24,000 bases of DNA from Clostridia bacterium (lineage in GTDB: Bacteria > Bacillota > Clostridia > Saccharofermentanales > Saccharofermentanaceae), in the NCBI GenBank assembly GCA_016287245.1, contig JAEEWG010000001.1:335761-359760 (forward strand). Reading direction: 5' to 3'. Within the stretch, counting starts at the first letter, position 1, and each line of letters opens with the position of its first letter. The notes under the pieces were generated by a model. That model was not told where the DNA came from and made no database searches. It worked only from the letters and a program-made list of their open reading frames with translations. Below are positions 14,940 to 22,511 of this stretch, one piece after another. Position numbers and translations under genes: made by a program.

Positions 14940-17373
14940 ACCAGTCTTCTCCTTCATCAATATCCTGATCCTCTGGATAAAGAGAATCAATGACCATTCT
15001 TCTTTCTTCCTGATCCTCGTTCATGAAACGAGCGACCGATGCGGTGGAAATGCCCATAGCGAGCACCTCACTGACCGTTTCTCCCGAGATGATATTTCTC
15101 GCATTTCCGAAAAGATCCGCCCTACAGTACCCCGGATAACATACGATATCCACGCGGTCGTCGTGATAGGAATCGCTCTTCTCTGACGTCTTCTCACCAA
15201 GGGAGACTTCCGGATGATCCCTGCAGACCGTACAGTGTACCTGGTGACGGCCTAAAGGACAAAACTCCGACTGCATCCACTCGATCGGTCCGTAGCGGTG
15301 AAGCGCCATATAGCTTCCAGAAGCATCGCCTTTGATCGAGAGCGCGAGTTTTTTGACCTGATCGTTATTGAGTTCGTAAGAAAGATACAGATACGGAATC
15401 TTTCTACCTGCCTCATAGCGGTATGTGAAATGGTTATAGATATTTGCCCCTGCAGTAAGTCCTGCGGTGTTTTCTAAGGGTGCCGTTCCGAAGAATCCGA
15501 TAAAATGCGAACCGGCATGGGAAGAGACAAGATCGTAGGCTTTTCTGATCGAGCTTTCCACATCGTCCTTATAAGCGCCCGGAAGCCGGAGAGCGATCAT
15601 CGCATCCGGTTCTTCATTTAAGAGTTCGTCAATATAGCGGATCCGTCCGCTCAGACCGATCTGAAGCGCCGAGAATACATAAAGATCCGCACCGCAGGCA
15701 TATCCGCCCGTGATCCTTCTCATATCGAGATAATCCGCAATGATGATATGTGCTTTCTCCGGTTTGGGAAGGAAAGCTTCCTCATCTTCCCCGGAAGCAA
15801 AGGAGCAGGATCTTCCCTCTGTCTGCTTATCCAGAAGATTCTCCGCCAGAAATGCCATCACATCTCTTCTCATCGCATTGATTTGTGAGATACAAAGCCT
15901 GATCGGAAATTCACCGTCCATCTTCAGTTTTTCAAAGGAAAACGGTGTCTGACCTGTCTTCTGGAGCTGTTCTTTTGCCCGATCCCAGGAAAGCGGTTCG
16001 ATGTCGGAAAGATCGGTCTCTTCTACCTTACAGGATGCGGACACGCCCTTAAACGCACCTTCTTTTACTTCTACGAACAGTTCATACCCATCTTCTGTCT
16101 TTCGGAAAGAACCGCAAACCGGCGTCTTCCGGGTCATATCTCTTGGGACTTCGATCTTCTTACTCATCCGGTAGACCTTCATGCCGCGCGAAAGCTTGCT
16201 GATCGCGTCCGGATGCAGTCCTTTTACCGAAGAAGAATCGCGCTCGACATCGATCTTACCAACCGGGAAACTCGCGACCTCTTCTTCCTTATCGCGGATC
16301 GAAAGGAAGTCGCCCTTCTGGGGCGGATCCGGAAGAAAAGACCTCACATCGATAGTTCCTGCCTTGGCATTAACGGAAGTGATCTCACCCCAGTAAAGGC
16401 CGAACTTTCCGACATATTCACCGGACAGATAATCCGGACCCTTCTTCCCCTGCATATATTGCGTCGTAAAAGAGCCTCCGCGGTTAAAAGTAATAAGAAG
16501 ATCGTTCATGATTTCTTTTCTGATCTCTTCGGAATCACGCTTTTCATAGATCGCATCGATCATCTTCCTGTAAGCGGAAACGACGGCTGTCACGTACTGT
16601 TCGTCACGCATACGGCCTTCGATCTTCAGGGAATCGACACCGATCTCCATAAGTTCGGAAAGGAATGGAAGAGCGGACTGATCCTTTGGAGAAAGCAGTT
16701 TCCCCGAGCGGATCGGTTTGCCGGAGACCGCCACTTCGCGGTTTCCCTCGAAGATCTGGTAACTCTGACGGCACGGCTGTGCGCAGGATCCGCGGTTTCC
16801 GGAACGTGAACCCGACTTATTCATGCTGCTGAAAAGGCAAAGGCCGGAGTAGCAAACACACATCGCGCCATGGACGAAGACCTCGACCTCGATATTTTTC
16901 TCGTGGAATGCTTTTGCACGGGAGCGGATCTCGTCGATCGAGAGTTCTCTCGGAAGCACGACACGATCCATCCTGAGGTCCTTCATCTCCGATACAGAAG
17001 ATCCGGAAAAGACGTTCATCTGGGTACTTGCGTGTATCGGGATCTGCGGAAGATAGTTTGCAAGATAGCTAGCCAGTCCCTTATCCTGGACCAGAAATGC
17101 ATCTGCACCCTGCATATAGGCATTCAGGGCGAGTTCGACGGCGTCCATCATCTCTTCGTCATCGATCAGCGTATTCAGTGTGATATATACCTTCGAATTG
17201 CGAAGATGGGCATAGTCCAGCGCTTCGCGGAGCGTCTCGAGCGAGAAATTGTCCGCATGGATACGGGCATTATACTGCTGAAGCCCGAGATAGACCGCAT
17301 CCGCCCCGGCATCGACCGCGGCACGGAGCATTGTCATGGAGCCCGCGGGGGCCAGAAGTTCCGGTTTTCTCAT
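14929..17373 (-). CDS. U32-family protein, long form with DUF3656-like C-terminal extension (annotated 'peptidase U32'; probable Fe-S enzyme)
   Basis: 814 aa. The N-terminus is KPELLAPAGS...AGADAVYLG. The U32 signature is EVFVHGAMCVCYSGLCLFSS...GNRGSCAQPCR. The ATG overlaps the upstream stop (ATGA), and the RBS is AAGGAG. Confidence 0.92.
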   Translation of the reverse strand: MRKPELLAPAGSMTMLRAAVDAGADAVYLGLQQYNARIHADNFSLETLREALDYAHLRNSKVYITLNTLIDDEEMMDAVELALNAYMQGADAFLVQDKGLASYLANYLPQIPIHASTQMNVFSGSSVSEMKDLRMDRVVLPRELSIDEIRSRAKAFHEKNIEVEVFVHGAMCVCYSGLCLFSSMNKSGSRSGNRGSCAQPCRQSYQIFEGNREVAVSGKPIRSGKLLSPKDQSALPFLSELMEIGVDSLKIEGRMRDEQYVTAVVSAYRKMIDAIYEKRDSEEIRKEIMNDLLITFNRGGSFTTQYMQGKKGPDYLSGEYVGKFGLYWGEITSVNAKAGTIDVRSFLPDPPQKGDFLSIRDKEEEVASFPVGKIDVERDSSSVKGLHPDAISKLSRGMKVYRMSKKIEVPRDMTRKTPVCGSFRKTEDGYELFVEVKEGAFKGVSASCKVEETDLSDIEPLSWDRAKEQLQKTGQTPFSFEKLKMDGEFPIRLCISQINAMRRDVMAFLAENLLDKQTEGRSCSFASGEDEEAFLPKPEKAHIIIADYLDMRRITGGYACGADLYVFSALQIGLSGRIRYIDELLNEEPDAMIALRLPGAYKDDVESSIRKAYDLVSSHAGSHFIGFFGTAPLENTAGLTAGANIYNHFTYRYEAGRKIPYLYLSYELNNDQVKKLALSIKGDASGSYMALHRYGPIEWMQSEFCPLGRHQVHCTVCRDHPEVSLGEKTSEKSDSYHDDRVDIVCYPGYCRADLFGNARNIISGETVSEVLAMGISTASVARFMNEDQEERRMVIDSLYPEDQDIDEGEDWYEF

Positions 17374-17849
17374 AGTATCTCCTTCGGAATGTTATTCTCT
17401 TTACAGTACTGCTCGAGAGGAAGGAGCGGATCTTCCTTCGGCTTCTCTTCTTCGGCCTGATGCAGCGCGCTCTGCCAGCGGAAACAGGCCTCCATATAAG
17501 CCAGGATCAATGCCTGATTAGTCGGGATCATGGGATTGTCGTTGAGAGTTTCTGTCAGAAGATCGTTCGCGACCTTGGCGCAGTAGAGCGTCTTCGCTTT
17601 TTCCTCATCGGAATCCACCTGGAAACGGTAATTCATGCCGGCCAGCCGCACCATAAGCGTCTGCGGGTAATTCTCCTTCCCCGCCTTCTTCTTTTTCGGC
17701 TTCGGATCATTATCTCTCGGGAGCTGAAAATACTCCGCGAGTACCGGCTTATCCTTTTTGCCCGTTTTCTTCGACTTCACTTTTCCCTTTTCGCCCGAAG
17801 ATGACGAATACTTCTCGAAAAGCGAATCCGATAAACGCTCATATGCCAT
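17370..17849 (-). CDS. zapA: ZapA-like cell-division protein with Lys-rich N-terminal extension
   Basis: 159 aa. Residues ~65-125 (MVRLAGMNYRFQVDSDEEKAKTLYCAKVANDLLTETLNDNPMIPTNQALILAYMEACFRW) follow the ZapA pattern seen in B. subtilis ZapA (V-I-G--Y-i...A..vd..i.e.....p......a.l.a.n...). The N-terminus is KGKVKSKKTGKKDKP...PKPKKKKAGK. Assignment is by eye only. Confidence 0.6.
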   Translation of the reverse strand: MAYERLSDSLFEKYSSSSGEKGKVKSKKTGKKDKPVLAEYFQLPRDNDPKPKKKKAGKENYPQTLMVRLAGMNYRFQVDSDEEKAKTLYCAKVANDLLTETLNDNPMIPTNQALILAYMEACFRWQSALHQAEEEKPKEDPLLPLEQYCKENNIPKEIL

Positions 17850-17855
17850 ATTTTC

Positions 17856-18689
17856 TCATCCTTTCTTCCCCTGAAGGGTCTCGTAAAGGTCTAAAAACTC
17901 CTTCGGCTGAAGCTCCTCGCTTCGCACCGTTTCTTTTCGCCCGATAGCAGAAAGCGCCGAGACGATGCTTTCTTTACTGTATTTCCCGCCGGACGAAAGA
18001 CTGTTGACCAGTGTCTTTCTCCTTAGCGAAAATGCACATTCTACAAAGCCGATGATCTCAGGATCGAAAGGCTCTTCCGATCCCTTTTCGATCCGGATCA
18101 CGGAAGATACTGTATTCGGTGCCGGATAGAAGCTTCCGCCATCCACATTAAGGCACTTTTCCTTCTTCCCGAAAAGATCCGTAAGGACCGAAAGCGGCCC
18201 GTACTGCTTTGTTTTCGGTTTTGCGAAGATCCGCTCGAGAGCATCCTCCTCCACCATGAAGACCATCCTTCTTGTAGAAGGAAAATCCTTCATGACCTTG
18301 ATCATGATCGGTGTCATTACATAGTAAGGAAGATTCGACAGGATCACATCCGGTGTAAAGGACGGATCCGGAAGATCTTCTTTTCCAAAGGCCAGATAGT
18401 CCTTAAAGACGATCTGTCCCCCGTGGTTTCGGATCACTTCGGAAAGGCGCTTTTCAAACCGCGTGTCGATCTCGACCGCAAGATAATTTCCTGCCCGAAG
18501 TACCGCTTCTTCTGACAATGCCCCGAGACCGGGACCGATCTCAAGGCATGTCACATCGTTTCTAAGTTCTGCCAGATCGAGGATATCCCCGATCACGTCT
18601 TCGTTACACAGAAAATTCTGCCCCAGGCTCTTCTTTGCTTGAAGGCCGTACTCCTCGAGTATGGACAGGACCTGCTGCTTATTCATCAT
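17856..18689 (-). CDS. rsmA: 16S rRNA (adenine1518/1519-N6)-dimethyltransferase RsmA/KsgA
   Basis: 277 aa with KSLGQNFLCNEDV, the SAM motif LEIGPGLGALSE, and SNLPYYV. The ATGATGA junction overlaps the purL stop by 4 nt. Confidence 0.96.
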   Translation of the reverse strand: MMNKQQVLSILEEYGLQAKKSLGQNFLCNEDVIGDILDLAELRNDVTCLEIGPGLGALSEEAVLRAGNYLAVEIDTRFEKRLSEVIRNHGGQIVFKDYLAFGKEDLPDPSFTPDVILSNLPYYVMTPIMIKVMKDFPSTRRMVFMVEEDALERIFAKPKTKQYGPLSVLTDLFGKKEKCLNVDGGSFYPAPNTVSSVIRIEKGSEEPFDPEIIGFVECAFSLRRKTLVNSLSSGGKYSKESIVSALSAIGRKETVRSEELQPKEFLDLYETLQGKKG

Positions 18690-21600
18690 CCGATAAAGTA
18701 CCGCACGCCGGCTTCGAAGATCTTCTGATCCTTTTCGCCCGGGATATTCTTGGCGATGCCGTTACCCATACGTTCGCTGTGGCCCATCTTACCGAGGATA
18801 CGCCCGTTCGGGGAGATGATACCTTCGATCGCGCACATACTGCCGTTCGGGTTAAAAGCGGTATCCATGGTCGGATTGCCTTCTGCATCGACATACTGGG
18901 TAGCGACCTGACCCTTAGCGAAGAGTTCCTTAAGAAGCGCTTCGGATCCGCAGAAGCGGCCTTCACCATGGGAGATCGCGATCTCATAGGTGTCGCCTTC
19001 GCTTGTGAAGCTGAGCCACGGAGAGTTGTTGGACACGATCTTCGTGGAAACATATGCGCTCTGGTGTCGGCCGATACGGTTAAATGTCAGTGTCGGACCA
19101 TCATGCTCGAGCGGCAGGATATCTCCGTACGGGAGAAGTCCAAGTTTCATGAGAGCCTGGAATCCGTTACAGATACCGAGCATCAGTCCATCTCTGTTAA
19201 AGAGGAGGTCTCTTACAGACTCTGTCACTTCTGCATTACGGAAAGCAGCGGCGATGAACTTACCGGATCCTTCCGGTTCGTCACCGGCGGAGAAACCACC
19301 AGGTATCATGATCATATTCGCCTTCTTGATCCTCTCGCTCATTTCACGGAAAGAATCGACGATCTCTGCGGAATCGCGGTTACGGATGACCATGACATCC
19401 GGCTCGGCACCGGCTCGGGAGAAGGCATAGGCTGTATCGTATTCACAGTTGGTACCCGGGAATACCGGGATGAATACCTTCGGCTTGGCACCAGTAAGGA
19501 GCGTCGGAGCCGTGATCTGATTCTTCGCAACTTCGCCTCTTTCATAAGATACGGCAGCTCCTTCATCGACCGTGGTCGGGAAGATCGGCTCGAGCTTGCT
19601 CTCGAAGGCCGAGATCGCCTCATCGATCGTGATGGAAGAATCACCGTAGGTGAGCTTGCTGTCGTCTGTGGTCGTACCTAAGAGTTTACCGCCGACCTGC
19701 TCGATCTTCTCGACCGCATTACCGTCGCTTACGCAAAGGAGCACGGTTCCGAAGGAATGCTTGAAAAGATCCTCCATAGGAAACTTGTCGGAGAAAGCAA
19801 ATCCGAGCTTATTACCGAAGCACATCTGTGCGACACGGGCAGCGATACCTGCAGATCTGACGACACCTGCGCAGAGCAGCTGTCCTCTGTCCTGGATCTG
19901 TGTCAGACACTTCATCACGCGGATCGCGTGGTCTTTGACATAGCATCCGTTATCGTCACGACGGATCTTGATTGCATAGAGTTTTTTGCCAGAAGCGGAA
20001 AGTGTGGAAGAAACGACCTTATCTGTCGTGGTCATGCCAACTGCAAAAGACACGAGCGTCGGCGGAACATGCAGTTCATTAAAGGAACCGGACATACTGT
20101 CCTTACCGCCGATGGAGGCTGTACCGAAGTCGAGCTGTGCCTTATACGCACCGAGAAGTGCGGATAGCGGCTTGCCCCAGGACTTCTCACCTGCCATACG
20201 CTCGAAGTACTCCTGGAAAGTGAGTCTTGCCTTAAAAGGATCTGCACCGAGGCAGGCAAGACGCAGGAGAGATTCGGTCACAGCGTGATATGCACCGTGG
20301 AACGGGCTCCATGCGGAGAAATAAGGATCGAAACCGTAAGCCATTACGGAAACGGCGTTGGTCTTGCCTTCTTCTACCGGGATCTTGCAGGCCATACCTT
20401 CTTCCGGAGAAAGCTGATAACGTCCGCCAAAAGGCATCAGGACAGTACCCGCGCCGATCGTGCCGTCGAATCTGGAAACGAGGCCCTTTCTCGAGCAGCC
20501 GTCCAGCGAAGAGAGCGTGCCTTTAACAGACTCAGCGAAGTCTCCGTCCACATAGGACTCGACAGTCTTATCGATGATGCCATTAGAAAAATCAGGCATC
20601 GTAACTTCTGCTTTTGCATAGGAAGAAGCACCGTTGGTATCGATGAAGGCTCTCGGGAGCTCAACGATGGTGTTGCCCTTCCAGGTCATCTTCATGACCG
20701 GCTCCTCGGTGACCACAGCAACGACCGTTGCTTCGAGGTTTTCTTTTGCCGCATATTCGAAGAATGCTTTTTCATCCTTCGGATCGATGACGATCGCCAT
20801 TCTCTCCTGAGACTCGGAGATCGCGATCTCCGTACCGTCAAGACCTTCATACTTCTTCGGTACCTTATCGAGATCGATGGAAAGACCGTCTGCGAGCTCG
20901 CCGATGGCAACGGATACACCGCCGGCACCGAAGTCGTTGCAGCGGAGGATCATCTTACTTACTTCCGGAATACGGAACAGTCTCTGGATCTTTCTTTCTG
21001 TCGGCGGATTACCCTTCTGGACCTCAGAACCGCAGGTCAGAACGGACTTTTCGTCGTGTGCCTTGGAAGAACCTGTAGCACCGCCGATACCGTCACGGCC
21101 GGTACGGCCGCCAAGGAGTACGACGATGTCGCCCGGTCTCGGACGTACACGAACGATATTCTCTGCAGGAGCAGCACCGACAACAGCACCGATCTCCATT
21201 CTCTTTGCCACATAACCCGGATGATAGATCTCATCGACATGGCCTGTGCAAAGACCGATCTGGTTACCGTAGGAGCTGTATCCTGCAGCTGCTGTACGGA
21301 CGAGTTTCTTCTGGGAGAGCTTGCCTTCGAGTGTCATGGATACAGGAACAGTCGGATCACCGGCACCTGTTACACGCATCGCCTGGTAAACATAGGAACG
21401 GCCGGAGAGCGGGTCACGGATCGCACCGCCCAAACAGGTCGCTGCACCACCGAAAGGCTCGATCTCGGTCGGGTGGTTATGTGTCTCGTTCTTAAACATA
21501 AGAACGTAATCTTCCTTCTTGCCGTCCACATCGATCTGGATCTTGATGGAGCAGGCGTTGATCTCTTCGGATTCATCGAGGTCCTGGAGCTTGCCGTCTT

Positions 21601-22468
21601 TCTTGAGCTTTCTCATCGCCATGGTCGCCACATCCATGAGGCAGACCGGCTTCTTGCTGATGCGCTCGCCATATACATCTTCTCTTGTGGAGAGATAGTC
21701 GGCGTAGATGCTCTTTAATTCTTCGGCAAAAGCACTGTCGCCGTCGATCTTAACATCTGTAAGCTCGGTAAGGAATGTCGTGTGACGGCAGTGGTCGGAC
21801 CAGTAGGTATCGAGAACTCTGATCTCCGTCATGGTCGGATCACGCTTGATGGACTGGAAGAATTCCTGCGTAAACTCTATATCCGCATCGGACATCGCCA
21901 GGCCCCAGGTCTTACGAAGCTCGGAGAGCTCTTCTTTTGACTTCGTGGTAAATCCGTCGATCGTCGGAACGGAGGACGGTACATCGAATACATCCTCAAG
22001 TGTATCCGGTTTTTCCAGAGAAGCCTCTCTGGATTCTACGGGGTTGATCAGATATTTGGCGATCGCCTTCTTCTGCTCATCCGTAACTTCACCGTAGAAA
22101 ACGATCACACGGGCCACACGGACGAGCGGTTTTTCTTTCTGGGTGAGGATCTGGCAGCACTGCGCAGCCGAGTCGGCGCGCTGGTCATACTGTCCCGGCA
22201 GGGATTCGATCGCCAGTACATACGCGCTTCCCGAAGTGTCGATGGTCTCGTCGTAGACCACATCGACCGGCGGTTCCGAGAACACAACGTTCTTCGCCAG
22301 CTCATATTCTTCATCGGTCAGGCCCGAAACATCGTAACGGTGGAAGATGCGAACGCTTTCGATTCCCTTCGCTCCCACATCCGATTTTACGTCCTTAAGG
22401 AGCCCCGTAGCTTCTACGGCAAATTCCTTCTTCTTCTCTGAAAAGATCCTTCGCACTGCTTGACTCAT
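18686..22468 (-). CDS. purL: Phosphoribosylformylglycinamidine (FGAM) synthase, single-chain large PurL with C-terminal glutaminase
   Basis: About 1260 aa. It contains DTYWSDHCRHTTF, KNETHNHPTEIEPFGGAATCLGGAIRD, and the glutaminase domain VFPGTNCEYD...GICNGFQAL...HGEGRF. The start is set at the ATG at 22468 (MSQAVRR), with GGGAGGA 6 nt upstream. The ORF-track start at 22483 is a TTG inside the RBS. Confidence 0.97.
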   Translation of the reverse strand: MSQAVRRIFSEKKKEFAVEATGLLKDVKSDVGAKGIESVRIFHRYDVSGLTDEEYELAKNVVFSEPPVDVVYDETIDTSGSAYVLAIESLPGQYDQRADSAAQCCQILTQKEKPLVRVARVIVFYGEVTDEQKKAIAKYLINPVESREASLEKPDTLEDVFDVPSSVPTIDGFTTKSKEELSELRKTWGLAMSDADIEFTQEFFQSIKRDPTMTEIRVLDTYWSDHCRHTTFLTELTDVKIDGDSAFAEELKSIYADYLSTREDVYGERISKKPVCLMDVATMAMRKLKKDGKLQDLDESEEINACSIKIQIDVDGKKEDYVLMFKNETHNHPTEIEPFGGAATCLGGAIRDPLSGRSYVYQAMRVTGAGDPTVPVSMTLEGKLSQKKLVRTAAAGYSSYGNQIGLCTGHVDEIYHPGYVAKRMEIGAVVGAAPAENIVRVRPRPGDIVVLLGGRTGRDGIGGATGSSKAHDEKSVLTCGSEVQKGNPPTERKIQRLFRIPEVSKMILRCNDFGAGGVSVAIGELADGLSIDLDKVPKKYEGLDGTEIAISESQERMAIVIDPKDEKAFFEYAAKENLEATVVAVVTEEPVMKMTWKGNTIVELPRAFIDTNGASSYAKAEVTMPDFSNGIIDKTVESYVDGDFAESVKGTLSSLDGCSRKGLVSRFDGTIGAGTVLMPFGGRYQLSPEEGMACKIPVEEGKTNAVSVMAYGFDPYFSAWSPFHGAYHAVTESLLRLACLGADPFKARLTFQEYFERMAGEKSWGKPLSALLGAYKAQLDFGTASIGGKDSMSGSFNELHVPPTLVSFAVGMTTTDKVVSSTLSASGKKLYAIKIRRDDNGCYVKDHAIRVMKCLTQIQDRGQLLCAGVVRSAGIAARVAQMCFGNKLGFAFSDKFPMEDLFKHSFGTVLLCVSDGNAVEKIEQVGGKLLGTTTDDSKLTYGDSSITIDEAISAFESKLEPIFPTTVDEGAAVSYERGEVAKNQITAPTLLTGAKPKVFIPVFPGTNCEYDTAYAFSRAGAEPDVMVIRNRDSAEIVDSFREMSERIKKANMIMIPGGFSAGDEPEGSGKFIAAAFRNAEVTESVRDLLFNRDGLMLGICNGFQALMKLGLLPYGDILPLEHDGPTLTFNRIGRHQSAYVSTKIVSNNSPWLSFTSEGDTYEIAISHGEGRFCGSEALLKELFAKGQVATQYVDAEGNPTMDTAFNPNGSMCAIEGIISPNGRILGKMGHSERMGNGIAKNIPGEKDQKIFEAGVRYFIG

Positions 22469-22511
22469 AAATAATCCTCCCAATATATATGTCCTTATCT
22501 ATCGTAACACA

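Noticed and set aside
20285-21718. 477-aa plus-strand ORF, with similar long antisense ORFs at 18635-19681, 1556-2503, 9730-10626, 8683-9513 (minus), 12679-13398, 4275-4961 (minus), 16213-16809 and 16870-17460
   Set aside because: Each lies entirely antisense to, or out of frame with, a gene that has unmistakable conserved motifs (purL, ruvA/ruvC, VanZ, DUF3048, hydrolase, oxidoreductase, U32). Their translations are low-complexity and Arg/Ser/Leu/Asp-rich, with no recognisable domains and no RBS. They are typical shadow ORFs produced by the codon bias of the real gene.
22469-22511. Looked for a purine, ZTP or PurR-type leader upstream of purL, and for an M-box upstream of corA (14402-14447)
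   Set aside because: The spacers are only 43 and 46 nt, far too short for these riboswitches (100 nt or more), and no conserved riboswitch cores are visible.
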